Shown one piece after another: positions 19,421 to 29,980 of a stretch of DNA of 64,000 nucleotides. This stretch comes from Alphaproteobacteria bacterium. GTDB lineage: Bacteria > Pseudomonadota > Alphaproteobacteria > Bin95. Position 1 is the stretch's first letter, and every line of letters starts with the position of its first letter. The position numbers and the translations under genes were made by a program. The notes beneath the pieces are model-generated. The model saw only the letters and a program-made list of their open reading frames with translations. It had not been told where the DNA came from and did no database searches. The DNA lies in NCBI GenBank assembly GCA_963665325.3, contig CAXXWS020000003.1, positions 832,001 to 896,000 on the forward strand, written 5' to 3'.

Positions 19421-20271
19421 CGCCGCGCTCCCGCCGTTCCGTGGGCCGCGCCCCTGCCGGCCGCCCCGGACCGGGCATCGCCCGCATGGACGACCACCGC
19501 GATCCGGCCGCCCGACGGGCCGGTGCCCGGCGCCGCGAGCCACGCGGCGGCAACCCCCGCGCCTGCGGCCGCGGCGAGGCCGGCGGCGTCGGCGAAGGCG
19601 TCCGCGCCGACCTCGATCACCCGCGCCGTGAAACGCGGCCCGCGCCAGGTCTCGACGACCGTCATGGCGGCAGGATCGCCGCCCCGTTCGCCGCCCCCGG
19701 TCTCGATGACATGGCCGGGCCGCGGCTCGCGCCGCGCCACCGCGCGCACCAGCGCGGCGAGCGCGCCGATCCGGGCGCCGGACGCCGCCGCTTCGCCGGT
19801 CTCCGCGGACGCCGCGGCGGCCGGGTCGCGGATCAGGATCTGCGCCGAGGCCCGGTCCCTGACCGCCAGCGTCAGCCGGTAGGTGAAGCCCTTCTCGGTG
19901 CCGAGGAACAGCGTCACCGTCCTCTCGGGTCCGGAGAGGCGCCCCTCCGCCACGCCCGGTGCCGCTCCCGGCGCCGCGCCCGCCGCCCCGGCTGCCGCCG
20001 GGACTGCCGGGCGCAGATAGAGATCGCCCCGGGCCGGGTCGTGCTCGACCGCGAAGCCGTCCGGGGCGCGGATCACCCGCGCGATCCGGTCGTCCGCCAG
20101 CGCGATCCGGCTGACCGCCCGGCCCGAGACCTCGGCGCTCAGCTCGCCATGGTCGGTGGCCGGCAGTATCTGCATCGCCGCCGCCGGAGCGGGCGCTCCC
20201 GCGAGCAGCGCCGCGACGGCAAGCGCCGCCGGCCGGCCGGCATGGGGTCTGGTGTGAGACTCGGTGTTCAT
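19417..20271 (-). CDS. traK: TraK secretin-like protein
   Basis: Signal peptide, VSRIAL..DRI, GDLYLRP, TLFLGTEKGFTYRL; order traE-K-B. Confidence 0.82.
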   Translation of the reverse strand: MNTESHTRPHAGRPAALAVAALLAGAPAPAAAMQILPATDHGELSAEVSGRAVSRIALADDRIARVIRAPDGFAVEHDPARGDLYLRPAVPAAAGAAGAAPGAAPGVAEGRLSGPERTVTLFLGTEKGFTYRLTLAVRDRASAQILIRDPAAAASAETGEAAASGARIGALAALVRAVARREPRPGHVIETGGGERGGDPAAMTVVETWRGPRFTARVIEVGADAFADAAGLAAAAGAGVAAAWLAAPGTGPSGGRIAVVVHAGDARSGAAGRGAAHGTAGARR

Positions 20272-20273
20272 GA

Positions 20274-20825
20274 TCAGTCCTCCAGTTCCTCGAAGCGCAG
20301 CAGCCCGAGTCGGCCGCCGTCGATGCGGAAGGCGAGCCGGTAGCGCTTCTTCTTGCGCGAGGCCTCCTCGCGCCCGATCCAGGTCGCGAGCTCGCCCGAG
20401 ACCACCGCCTCCAGCCCGTCGGGCCCGATCTCGACGTCGCCCGGGTAGAAGGCGGTCGAGAGGTCGCGCCGGGCCATCCTTGCGGCCTCCGCCGCCACCC
20501 AGGCGCCGATCGCGCCACGCGCCGAGGCGTGGCTCATCCGCGCCGCCGCGTCGGCCGCGTGGCCGGCGCTCTCCGGCGTCAGCGTCAGCAGGAGCGAGGC
20601 CGCCGTGCGCGCGGCGTCCTCCAGATAGCGCCGCCCGGCCCGGCTCTCGCCGACCTGCCATTCCGGCCCGCCGGCCGCCGGCACCAGCACCGTCACCCGG
20701 TCCCGGGTGGCGAGCCCGTGCGCCAGCACCAGGTTGGCCGCCATCGCGAGGCCCAGAAACAGCGCCAGCACCGCGCGCGAATCGCGCGCCCGGCGGCGGT
20801 CGGCATCCATCCGTGCGCGTTCCAT
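20274..20825 (-). CDS. traE: TraE
   Basis: N-terminal TM, TVLVP, LLLTLTPES; order traL-E-K. Confidence 0.82.
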   Translation of the reverse strand: MERARMDADRRRARDSRAVLALFLGLAMAANLVLAHGLATRDRVTVLVPAAGGPEWQVGESRAGRRYLEDAARTAASLLLTLTPESAGHAADAAARMSHASARGAIGAWVAAEAARMARRDLSTAFYPGDVEIGPDGLEAVVSGELATWIGREEASRKKKRYRLAFRIDGGRLGLLRFEELED

Positions 20826-20831
20826 CGCCGC

Positions 20832-21137
20832 TCAGCCCGCGAAGCGCCGCATGCAGCTCGGCGGCGCGGCCTTCAGGCCGAGCACGAAGCCCGGCAGGAA
20901 CCAGTAGAGCGCGTGCAGGGCGACGTTCGCCCCGCCGCCGCGCTTGGCGCGGCGCAGCGCCAGCCAGCCGAGAACGCCCGCGACCAGGCCCGGAACGAAC
21001 TGGTTGGCGGCCAGGCCCAGCACCGCCGGGCCCATCAGCGCCGCCGCTTCGTCCAGGGTCCAGAACAGCCAGCGCTCCGGATCGTCGAGGCGGCGGGGAA
21101 TCGCCCAGTGTCCCGAGGGGCGGGTGAGATCGCTCAT
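20832..21137 (-). CDS. traL: TraL
   Basis: IPRRLDDPERWLFWTLDE and LYWFLP motifs. Confidence 0.88.
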   Translation of the reverse strand: MSDLTRPSGHWAIPRRLDDPERWLFWTLDEAAALMGPAVLGLAANQFVPGLVAGVLGWLALRRAKRGGGANVALHALYWFLPGFVLGLKAAPPSCMRRFAG

Positions 21138-21143
21138 CGCCGC

Positions 21144-21503
21144 TCACACGATCGCCGTGCCGACGAGGCCGGTGACGATGCCGGTGCCGGCGCCCGCCGC
21201 CACCCCGACGCCGACCGCGCCGAGCAGCTGCATCGCGTTGAAGCGCAGGACCGAGCCGACCAGCGCCGCGCCGACGGCGAGCGCCGCGGCGAGCTGGCCG
21301 CCGGTGCCCGAGACCATGCCGGTCACCGTGCCGAGCGGACCGGCGAAGGTCGTGTCCGAGGCCGCCCAGGCGGCGCCGGCGCCGGCAAGCAGGGCGGCGG
21401 ACGCCGCCGCGGCGGACAGGATGGCGGGAAGGGCGGGACGGGCCGCACGAAACGCGCGGCCGGCCTCGATGCGGCCGGAACCGGAACCGGCGCGCCGGGT
21501 CAT
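21144..21503 (-). CDS. traA: Conjugative pilin TraA
   Basis: Leader peptide then two hydrophobic helices; first structural gene of the operon, upstream of traL. Confidence 0.7.
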   Translation of the reverse strand: MTRRAGSGSGRIEAGRAFRAARPALPAILSAAAASAALLAGAGAAWAASDTTFAGPLGTVTGMVSGTGGQLAAALAVGAALVGSVLRFNAMQLLGAVGVGVAAGAGTGIVTGLVGTAIV

Positions 21504-22240
21504 TCCGGCCTCCGGGACGGGGGACCGCCCCGGTCCGGCCGGCCGCCCCGGTCCGGGGGAGTCTGCCGGTTCGCCGAGCCGTCGTCCGAGGTCGAACGCC
21601 GGCGCCGCGCCGCCGCCCAGGCCTCGACAACGGGGCGCCAGTAGCGCACCCGGCTGCCGAACTTGTTGAACTCCGGACCCTTGCCGGTCACCCGGTAGCG
21701 GTCGAGCGTGCGGTGCGAGAGACCGAGAAAGGCCGCCGCCTCGCGGGTGCTCATGTATTCGTTGCCGTCGTCGCTCATGGCGTCGTCTCCTTCGCTACAG
21801 CCGTCGGCAACGGGGCAATGCCCCGCCGCCGCCACTTCCGCGACCCGGGCGCGGATGCGCCGGGCCTCCTCCGCGCTCGCCTGCGCCGCCATCCAGGCCC
21901 GCGCCCCGTCGACCGTCGAAAGGCGCAGCGACGCGCCCCTGAGCACGCGGACCGCCAGCGACCGGCTGCCGGTCACCGCCAGGCCGAACTCCGAGCGCTT
22001 GACGCCGGTGATCTCCAGGAACGCCGCGACCTCGCACCGGAACGCCGGGCCCATCGGCGCCAGGCCCATGAAGACCAGCAGCCGGTCGGCCGTGGCCAGC
22101 CCGGGCGTCCGCCCGTCATCCAGCCCGCCGAGGAAGGACGGGTCCTTCATCGCCGCCTGGCCGAAGGCGCTGCGGCTCATGCCGCGGGCCCGCATGAAGG
22201 CGTCGATGGCGTGGCGGAGGATGGTTTCGGAAGACTTCAT
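21500..22240 (-). CDS. DNA-binding protein: two tandem Cro-like domains fused to an excisionase-type (HTH_17) domain
   Basis: Repeats AFMRARGMSRSAFG..DPSF..GRTP and AFLEITGVKRSEFG..; C-terminal YMSTREAAAFLGLSHRTL..GKGP..GSRVRY. Confidence 0.7.
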   Translation of the reverse strand: MKSSETILRHAIDAFMRARGMSRSAFGQAAMKDPSFLGGLDDGRTPGLATADRLLVFMGLAPMGPAFRCEVAAFLEITGVKRSEFGLAVTGSRSLAVRVLRGASLRLSTVDGARAWMAAQASAEEARRIRARVAEVAAAGHCPVADGCSEGDDAMSDDGNEYMSTREAAAFLGLSHRTLDRYRVTGKGPEFNKFGSRVRYWRPVVEAWAAARRRRSTSDDGSANRQTPPDRGGRPDRGGPPSRRPE

Positions 22241-22330
22241 GGGCCGGAACGTAGAAAGAACATTCGGCCCTTGCAATGGCTTTTGGTATTCAATACACTA
22301 CATCAAACGACAGACCTGCGAGGTGCTGCG
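22241..22330. promoter_or_regulatory. AT-rich divergent promoter region between Cro-like and CI-like genes
   Basis: 90-bp AT-rich gap between divergent HTH genes in an otherwise very GC-rich region. Confidence 0.6.
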
Positions 22331-23023
22331 ATGACAAGCGACCCGGTACGACAGAAAATCAGGGACCTGCTCTGGCGGAAGGGCGTCACCATGCGCGAGG
22401 CCTCCACCGCCATCGGCCGCGGCCCCAGCTACATGCACCAGTTCCTCGAACGCCGCACCCCCGCGGTGCTCAACTACGCCGACAGCGGCAGGCTCGCCGA
22501 ACTGCTCGACTGCGAGGCCGGCGAGCTGCGCCACGACGAGGCGCCGAAGCGCCGGCGGCAGAACCGCCGCCGCCGCCACGCCCCGGCGGCGGTCCCCGGC
22601 GAACCGGTCGCGCCGGTCGCCGAGATGGCGGTCGATATCGCCGCGGGGCCCGGCGCCGTCGCCGAGGACTACACCGAGGAGGCGGCGCGCTGGTACATCC
22701 CCGAGAACATGATCCGCCACGAGGCGGGCGCCGACCCCGCCGGCCTGCGCATCCTGCGCGTGCGCGGGAATTCCATGGAGCCCGAGATGCGCGACGGCGA
22801 CCGCATCGTCGTCGATATCGCCCGGCGCCTCCCCGCCACCGGCGAGATGTTCGTGCTCTGGGACGGCGGCGGGCTGGTGGTCAAGCGCGTCGAGCTCGTG
22901 CCCCACGGCGAGCCGCCGCAACTCAGGCTCCACTCCGCCAACCCGGAATACGAAGCCTATACCTGCCTCGCCGAAGAGGCCCATGTGGTCGGCAGGGTGG
23001 TCTGGACCGTCAGCCGAGTCTGA
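22331..23023 (+). CDS. CI/LexA-like repressor with S24 autopeptidase domain
   Basis: N-terminal HTH; Ala-Gly site IAAGPG; catalytic RVRGNSMEP (Ser) and VVKRV (Lys). Confidence 0.88.
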   Translation: MTSDPVRQKIRDLLWRKGVTMREASTAIGRGPSYMHQFLERRTPAVLNYADSGRLAELLDCEAGELRHDEAPKRRRQNRRRRHAPAAVPGEPVAPVAEMAVDIAAGPGAVAEDYTEEAARWYIPENMIRHEAGADPAGLRILRVRGNSMEPEMRDGDRIVVDIARRLPATGEMFVLWDGGGLVVKRVELVPHGEPPQLRLHSANPEYEAYTCLAEEAHVVGRVVWTVSRV

Positions 23024-23222
23024 GCGGGCCGCCAGCGGAACGTGGAATAGACGAGTTTTCCACGGAATCCGTCGTATCGCCGACCAGCTTTGCCGATGTG
23101 AATGACTTGATCGTCGGTGTCGTCACATTTGCCGGTCCCCGGGCGGCGTCATCCTTTCCCGCGCCGTACAAGAAGAGCTCGCGTTTCGCTCAGCATCGAA
23201 TGTTGTCGGCATGCATTGCTAA

Positions 23223-25292
23223 CCCAAGTTTAACGTTTTGGTGGCCGATTTTGTCGAGGTTGGCCGGCGCGGTGTCATCAAGCCATTGATATTGCTGGAT
23301 TGAGGTTTCCGGGGGCGCAATGTAGTGCCATAATATTTTCACTTGGGGATTTCGAGACCTTGCGCCCGCTCCTATGCTGTGCGCCATGTTCATTCGCCGC
23401 ACCAGGACCGGAACCGGCGAGCGCGGCGAGGTCTATTATTCCCATCGCCTTGTTCGCTCGGAGCGCGACGGCGGGAAGATCCGCCAGCGCACCCTGCTCA
23501 ACCTGGGGAGCGACTTCCCTGTCGAGCGGCGGCACTGGGCGGTGCTGTGCAGCCGGATCCAGCAGCAGCTCGACCGCCAGGCCGAGCTGGTTTCGCTGTC
23601 CTGTCCGGAGGAGGTCGAGCGGCACGCCCAGCGCATCGCCGCGCAATTGCTCAACAGCGCGCCGTCCGGCGGGACCGGGCGCCCTGACCTGCAGACGGTG
23701 GATGTCGGCTCCCTGGAGCTGATCCGCCCGCGTTCGGTCGGCGTCGAGCATGTCGGGCTGTGGGCCATGGAGCGGCTCGGCCTGGAGGCTTTGCTGGAGC
23801 GCCTGGGCTTCAACGGCACGCAGCGCGCGCTCGCCATGGCCACCGTGATCGCGCGCATGGCGGCGCCGGGCTCGGAGCGCGCCTCCTGGCGCTGGCTGTG
23901 CGAGCGTTCGGCGCTCGGCGAGTTGCTGGGGGTGGACTTCGAGCGCATGAGCATGATGCGCCTGTACCGCGCCTCCGACGCCCTGATGGCGCAGCGCGCG
24001 GCGATCGAGGCGCATCTGTTCGATCGGGCGACGGATCTGTTCGGCCTGCGCCACACGGTGACGCTGTACGACCTGACCAACACCTTCTTCGAGGGCGCGG
24101 CGGCGGCCCAGGCCAAGGCCGAACGCGGCCATTCCAAGGAGAAGCGCTCGGATTGCCCGCTCTTGACCCTGGGGCTGGTGCTCGACGGCTCGGGCTTCGT
24201 GCGCCGCTCCGAGGTGTTCTCGGGCGCGGTCAACGAAGACAGGACCCTGGCGTCGATGCTCGGCGCCCTGGGCGCGCCGGCGGACGCGCTGGTGGTGATG
24301 GATGCGGGGATCGCCACCGAGGCCAACATCGCCTGGCTGCGCGCGAACGGCTACCGCTATCTCGCGGTCAGCCGGGAACGCACCCGCCGCTTCGATCCCG
24401 AGCTGGCGCTGGCCATCGAGACCCGGTCGCGCCAGACGGTCCATGTCCACAAGGCGGTCGACGCCGAAGCTGGAGAGGCGCGGCTCTACTGCTACTCCGA
24501 GGCGCGGGCGAAGAAGGAACAGGGCATCGCAAACCGCTTCGCCGCGCGCTTCGAGGGCGAGATGCAGAAGCTCCACGACGGCCTCAAGCGGCCGCGCACC
24601 CGCAAGCGGCTCGACCATGTCTGGCAGCGGATCGGCCGGATCAGGGAGAAGAGCCGCGGCGCCGCGGCCCACTACGACATCGACGTCATCGCCGACGAAA
24701 GCGGCGAGAAGGCCCGGGCCGTCACATGGGAGCGCCGCCCGCTCGCCGGCACCATGGCCACCCATCCCGGCGTTTACTGCCTGCGCACCAACGTCGAGGA
24801 CTGGGACGAGGAGGCGCTGTGGCGGACCTATACCTCGCTCACCGATGTGGAGGCGGTGTTCCGATCGCTCAAGTCGGAACTCGGCCTGCGCCCCATCTTC
24901 CACCAGACCCAGAGGCGCTCCGACGGCCACCTGTTCATCACCGTGATCGCCTACCAGATGGTGCAGACCATCCGCCGGCGCCTCGCCGAGCACGGCGAAC
25001 ACGCCAGCTGGGCCAGCCTGCGAGCCATCCTCGAAGGCCAGCAGCGGGTCACCGCGACCTTCAGGCGCAAGGACGGACGCACCTTGCATGTCCGCAAGGC
25101 CACACGGGCCGAGCCCGAACAGCAAGAAATCTATCGCGCGCTCGGCATCGACCCCGCCCCTGGAGGCATCAGGAAAATGATCGTCTGATCCCGAACCGGG
25201 CGAAATAACCGAAATGTAGTGCCAGACGCGAAATTATTGCTCCGTAAGGCATTGATAATCAATGATCTTCAAAATGCTCTGTTAAACTTGGG
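23223..25292 (+). mobile_element. IS1634-family insertion sequence
   Basis: Perfect 12-bp TIRs CCCAAGTTTAAC (23223-23234) / GTTAAACTTGGG (25281-25292); CTAA on both flanks (23219-23222, 25293-25296). Confidence 0.88.
23386..25188 (+). CDS. IS1634-family DDE transposase
   Basis: MFIRR..RQRTLLNLG, YDLTNTFFEG, GHSKEKRSD, VVMDAG, VEAVFRSLKSELGLRPIFHQ. Confidence 0.92.
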   Translation: MFIRRTRTGTGERGEVYYSHRLVRSERDGGKIRQRTLLNLGSDFPVERRHWAVLCSRIQQQLDRQAELVSLSCPEEVERHAQRIAAQLLNSAPSGGTGRPDLQTVDVGSLELIRPRSVGVEHVGLWAMERLGLEALLERLGFNGTQRALAMATVIARMAAPGSERASWRWLCERSALGELLGVDFERMSMMRLYRASDALMAQRAAIEAHLFDRATDLFGLRHTVTLYDLTNTFFEGAAAAQAKAERGHSKEKRSDCPLLTLGLVLDGSGFVRRSEVFSGAVNEDRTLASMLGALGAPADALVVMDAGIATEANIAWLRANGYRYLAVSRERTRRFDPELALAIETRSRQTVHVHKAVDAEAGEARLYCYSEARAKKEQGIANRFAARFEGEMQKLHDGLKRPRTRKRLDHVWQRIGRIREKSRGAAAHYDIDVIADESGEKARAVTWERRPLAGTMATHPGVYCLRTNVEDWDEEALWRTYTSLTDVEAVFRSLKSELGLRPIFHQTQRRSDGHLFITVIAYQMVQTIRRRLAEHGEHASWASLRAILEGQQRVTATFRRKDGRTLHVRKATRAEPEQQEIYRALGIDPAPGGIRKMIV

Positions 25293-25563
25293 CTAAGTGA
25301 TGAGGGCCCTGATCGCCGACGATCTGTCACATGTTGAGCAGGTGCTTGTCGTGGACAAGCTGGCCGGGTCGATATCCGACCGGAGCGATCGAGCGGGCAG
25401 CTGGTTCATCCCCCCTCGACGGAGGATCCGAGCGTTAGGTGGGACCGTCGCCACGACGATTGCATGGAGAGAGTTGGCATCGTCCGCCAACAACTGATAA
25501 TAACGAGCGTCAAGATAGGCAGCCTCACAGGTTTGCCCGTCGAGCGGTGAGGGTGAACGCTCC

Positions 25564-25773
25564 ATGGAGAAGGAACCGGGCGATGTCCTGACGATCGAAG
25601 AATTGTCCGATTATCTGAGGATATCGCGCTCGACCCTCTACAAGCTGGCGCAGGAAGGCAGGGTTCCGTGCCAGAAGGTTGGGCGGCACTGGCGGTTCCG
25701 GAAGGAGGCGATCGACCGCTGGCTGGGGCAGGGCGGCGCGAACGATATGGCAGACGTGGGAGATGGCGCGTGA
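25564..25773 (+). CDS. Excisionase-like HTH protein heading the BREX operon
   Basis: LTIEELSDYLRISRSTLYKLAQEG..KVGRHWRF; its stop overlaps the brxF start (GTGA). Confidence 0.85.
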   Translation: MEKEPGDVLTIEELSDYLRISRSTLYKLAQEGRVPCQKVGRHWRFRKEAIDRWLGQGGANDMADVGDGA

Positions 25774-26246
25774 CGCACAGTCTCTCCGAGGCAGTGAACG
25801 AAAAAATTGAACATGCACGGAGGCTCTACCACCGCCTCGTCCTGCTCGTTGGCGAGCAGGGCGCGGGCAAGACTGGCGCCTTGAAGGAAGTCGCCGAGTG
25901 CACTGGCGCTACCCTCGTCAACGTGAATCTGGAACTCTCGCGTCGATTGCTCGATCTGGCCGAGCGGCAGCGCTCGCGTCATGTACAACATCTTCTTGAG
26001 GAGATCGCTGCCGGGACGGGAAGCGCTGTCGTCTTGCTCGACAATATTGAGCTTCTCTTCGAAGATTCGCTCCGTCAGGATCCGCTTCGACTATTGCAGC
26101 ATCTCTCGCGGCGCAGGACCGTGGTCGCGGCCTGGAACGGGTCCATTGAGGATGGCTCCATCCGATACTCCGAGCCAGGGCATCCCGAGTACCGGCACTA
26201 CCCGATGGAAGGCATTCTCACCGTGAGTGCGGAGGCGGTGACGTAA
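25770..26246 (+). CDS. brxF: BREX type 3 P-loop protein BrxF
   Basis: [44 protein letters not shown]. Confidence 0.85.
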   Translation: MTHSLSEAVNEKIEHARRLYHRLVLLVGEQGAGKTGALKEVAECTGATLVNVNLELSRRLLDLAERQRSRHVQHLLEEIAAGTGSAVVLLDNIELLFEDSLRQDPLRLLQHLSRRRTVVAAWNGSIEDGSIRYSEPGHPEYRHYPMEGILTVSAEAVT

Positions 26247-29200
26247 TGAAATACGAAGACCTGATCCGGTTCGATCCGATCGAGACTGTCGTACAGCTCC
26301 GCGATGCGGACGACACGACGGCAGCGCGCCATCTCGTCAATAGCTATGTCATTTCCGACGACATGGCCGATAAGCTGTCGGCCTTGGTGTTTCCCCAACT
26401 CCAGTACGACAAGCCCGCCGACAACAAGGGAATTTTGATCGTCGGCAACTACGGTACCGGCAAGTCGCACCTGATGTCGCTCATTTCGGGAATTGCCGAG
26501 CACGCCGGGTTGTCGTCAGAACTCTCCAACCCGAGGGCCGCGAAAGAAGCGAACGTGGTGGCCGGCAGGTTCAAGGTCGTCCGGACCGAGATCGGCGCCA
26601 CCACGATGTCCCTGCGCGACATCGTCCTTGGCGAACTGGAGGAGCGCCTGGACGCGCTCGGAGTGTCCTTCACCTTTCCGAGTGCCGCCGAGGTCTCCGG
26701 CAGCAAGCGCGCCTTCGAGGAGATGATGGCGGCTTTCCACGACGCCTACCCCGATCACGGGCTGCTGCTGGTCGTGGACGAGCTTCTGGACTACCTGCGC
26801 TCGCGCAAGGATCAGGAACTGATCCTGGACCTCAACTTCCTGCGCGAGATCGGGGAAGTTTGCAAGGACCTTCGGTTCCGTTTCATCGCCGGCGTGCAGG
26901 AGGCAATATTCGACAGCCCCCGCTTCGCCTTCGTCGCCGACAGCATCCGTCGCGTGAAGGACCGCTTCGAGCAAGTTCTCATCGCCCGGCGGGACGTGAA
27001 GTTCGTCGTGGCACAACGCCTGCTCCGGAAGACCGGCGAGCAACAGGTTCGCATCAGGAAATACCTGACGCCGTTCGCCCGCTTCTATGGGCACATGAAT
27101 GAGCGAATGGACGAATATGTGGACCTGTTCCCGGTTCATCCCGACTACATCGACACGTTCGAGCGGGTGACGGTGGTCGAGAAGCGCGAGATTCTCCGAA
27201 CCCTGTCTCTGGCAATGAAGGATCTGCTCGGGCGAGAGCTTCCGACGGATTACCCCGGCCTGATCGCTTATGACGGCTACTGGTCCACGTTGCGAACGGA
27301 CCCGTCCTTCCGGGTCGTTGCCGACATCAAGGCCGTTATCGATTGCAGCCAGGTGCTGGAGTCCCGGATCGATCAGGCGTTTACCAGGCCCGCCTACAAG
27401 CCCATGGCGATGCGCGTCATTCATGCATTGTCGGTGCACCGGTTGACGACCGGCGACATTCACGCCCCCCTCGGCGCCACCGCCGAGGAACTGAGGGATG
27501 GGCTGTGCCTGTACCAGCCGGGAATCGAAGATCTCGGAGGAGACCCGGCCGACGATCTCCTGTCGCAGGTCGAAACGGTTCTCCGGGAGATCCACAAGAC
27601 GGTCAGCGGTCAGTTCATTTCGTCGAACCCGGACAACCGTCAGTACTACCTCGATCTCAAGAAAATCGACGATTTCGACGCCTTGATCGAAAAGCGGGCC
27701 GAAAGCCTCGATGCGACACGGCTGGACCGCTACTACTATGACGCCCTGCGGCGGGTGATGGAGTGCACCGACCAGACCTACGTCACCGGCTACCGTATCT
27801 GGGAACACGAACTCGAATGGCGGGCGCGTAAGGCGGCGCGCCGGGGATATTTGTTCTTCGGTGCGCCGAACGAGCGGTCGACCGCGGCGCCTCCGCGCGA
27901 TTTCTACCTGTATTTCATCCAGCCACACGAGCCGCCGCGTTTCCAGGACGAGAAGGCATCTGACGAAGTCTTCTTCCATCTGACCGGCGGGGACGATCGG
28001 TTGCGGAATGTCCTGCGCGGCTATGCGGCGTCCGTCGACCTGGCATCGACCTCGTCCGGCCATGCCAAGGCCACTTACGACTCGAAGGCGTCGGGTTTCC
28101 TCCGCGATTTGGTCAACTGGCTTCAAGAACACATGGGCTCGGCGTTCGAGGTCGGCTACCATGGCCGCCGCAAGGCGTTGCTGGAATGGGCCAAGGGGCA
28201 TTCCCTTCGCGAGCTCTCGGGGACCTCTCCCGCCGAACGCATCAACTTCCGGGACCTGATCAACGCGGTTGCCGGCATTTGCCTGGAAGCGCATTTCGCC
28301 GACCAGGCACCGGACTATCCGAGCTTCTCCGTACTGATCACGTCATTCAACCGTGCTCAGGCAGCTCAGGATGCGTTGCGGTGGATCGCCGGCGCCACCA
28401 GGACGAGACAGGCCACCGCGATCCTCGATGCGCTCGATCTTCTCGACGGCGACAAGCTCGATCCTTATCGGTCGAGATATGCGAACGACATCCTCGATCA
28501 AGTGCGCAAGAAGGGCCACGGCCAGGTCGTTAACCGGCCCGAACTGATCCAGGAACTGCTCGGTGTCGAGTATTTCGCTCCGCAAACTCTGCGCCTGGAG
28601 CCCGAATGGACCGTGGTTCTGTTCGCGGCGTTGGTTCATTCCGGCGATCTCGTGCTCGCGGTGCCCGGCCGGAAATTCGATGCCACAGACCTGACCGCTC
28701 TCGCCGCCCTGCCGCTCGACGAGCTTGTCCGCTTCAAGCATATCGAGCGGCCCAAGGAATGGAATCTCCCCGCTCTCAAGGCGCTGTTCCACCTACTCGG
28801 CCTCACTCCGGGCATGGCGACCCTTGTTACCCAAGGCGAGGAGGGTCCGGTTCAGGAGCTTCAGAAGGCCGTCGGCCGAACCGTGGAAAGACTCCTCATC
28901 GCCCAACGGGCCGTCCAGGGCGGGATTCCGTTCTGGGGCAGGAGCTTGATCGAAGAGGAGGAAGCCAAGCACCTGAGCACAACTCTGGAACGGACCAAGT
29001 CCTTCCTCGAATCTCTCCAAGCCTACACCTCGCCGGGCCGTCTAAAGAATTTCCGCCCCGATGCAGCGGAGGTAAATGCCCATGCGAACGGGCTGGAATC
29101 TCTCACAGAGGTGGAAACTTTCCAGGGGATGGCTTCGGAGCTGGGTCCCGCGGCTGCCTATCTCACAGCCGCGGAAGCGGCGCTTCCCCCGTCCCACGAA

Positions 29201-29974
29201 TGGGTTGGGCAAATGAAGGAGACCCGTAACGAGGTACTGGCGGAAATCGTGCGCGCGTCCGGGCGGGATGCGCCGACGCTCCGACGTCGGTCTCTACGCA
29301 CGCTGAACGACCTGAAGCAAGCCTTCGTCGGGGTCTATCTCGATCTCCACGCCAGGGCGCGGCTCGGAGTGAACGACGACAGGAGGAAAACCGCGCTGAT
29401 GCGCGACGGGCGGCTGGCGCGAATCCAGGCGCTCTCGGCCATCGACCTCATGCCGGTCCGGCATCTGACGGACTTGCAGGAGCGCCTTGGCGCGCTGAAC
29501 AGTTGCTCCGCTCTTACCAAGGGGGAGATGGAAGTTGCTCCGGTCTGCCCGCACTGCGGGTTCAGGCCTGCCCTGGAGACAATCGCGGTCGTTGCCGGAA
29601 AGACTCTCGAGCACCTGGACGAGAAGATCGACAGGTTGCTCGCCGACTGGACGCGGACATTGCTCGCCAACCTGGACGATTCAGCGGTTCGCGAGAATCT
29701 GTCGCTGCTGGAGCCGGTGCAACGGAAGCGGGTCGACTCCTTTGTGAAGACAGGAGAACTCCCCGATCCACTGGAGCCCGAATTCATCGAGGCCCTCCGG
29801 GAGGTCCTGTCCGGTCTGGTCAAAGTTGTGGTGAAGACCGAGGACCTGAGGGCCGCGCTCCTCTCCGGCGGTTCCCCCGCGCGCCCCGACGAGATGAAGA
29901 GGCGTTTCGAGGGACACCTGGATGGCCTCACGAAGGGGCAGGAGTTGGCCAGAGTCCGGGTGGTGCTGGAGTAG
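26246..29974 (+). CDS. brxC: BREX type 3 ATPase BrxC (DUF6079 family)
   Basis: 1242 aa; [10 protein letters not shown] Walker [12 protein letters not shown] Walker B, C-terminal CPHC. Confidence 0.88.
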   Translation: MKYEDLIRFDPIETVVQLRDADDTTAARHLVNSYVISDDMADKLSALVFPQLQYDKPADNKGILIVGNYGTGKSHLMSLISGIAEHAGLSSELSNPRAAKEANVVAGRFKVVRTEIGATTMSLRDIVLGELEERLDALGVSFTFPSAAEVSGSKRAFEEMMAAFHDAYPDHGLLLVVDELLDYLRSRKDQELILDLNFLREIGEVCKDLRFRFIAGVQEAIFDSPRFAFVADSIRRVKDRFEQVLIARRDVKFVVAQRLLRKTGEQQVRIRKYLTPFARFYGHMNERMDEYVDLFPVHPDYIDTFERVTVVEKREILRTLSLAMKDLLGRELPTDYPGLIAYDGYWSTLRTDPSFRVVADIKAVIDCSQVLESRIDQAFTRPAYKPMAMRVIHALSVHRLTTGDIHAPLGATAEELRDGLCLYQPGIEDLGGDPADDLLSQVETVLREIHKTVSGQFISSNPDNRQYYLDLKKIDDFDALIEKRAESLDATRLDRYYYDALRRVMECTDQTYVTGYRIWEHELEWRARKAARRGYLFFGAPNERSTAAPPRDFYLYFIQPHEPPRFQDEKASDEVFFHLTGGDDRLRNVLRGYAASVDLASTSSGHAKATYDSKASGFLRDLVNWLQEHMGSAFEVGYHGRRKALLEWAKGHSLRELSGTSPAERINFRDLINAVAGICLEAHFADQAPDYPSFSVLITSFNRAQAAQDALRWIAGATRTRQATAILDALDLLDGDKLDPYRSRYANDILDQVRKKGHGQVVNRPELIQELLGVEYFAPQTLRLEPEWTVVLFAALVHSGDLVLAVPGRKFDATDLTALAALPLDELVRFKHIERPKEWNLPALKALFHLLGLTPGMATLVTQGEEGPVQELQKAVGRTVERLLIAQRAVQGGIPFWGRSLIEEEEAKHLSTTLERTKSFLESLQAYTSPGRLKNFRPDAAEVNAHANGLESLTEVETFQGMASELGPAAAYLTAAEAALPPSHEWVGQMKETRNEVLAEIVRASGRDAPTLRRRSLRTLNDLKQAFVGVYLDLHARARLGVNDDRRKTALMRDGRLARIQALSAIDLMPVRHLTDLQERLGALNSCSALTKGEMEVAPVCPHCGFRPALETIAVVAGKTLEHLDEKIDRLLADWTRTLLANLDDSAVRENLSLLEPVQRKRVDSFVKTGELPDPLEPEFIEALREVLSGLVKVVVKTEDLRAALLSGGSPARPDEMKRRFEGHLDGLTKGQELARVRVVLE

Positions 29975-29980
29975 GCGTCG

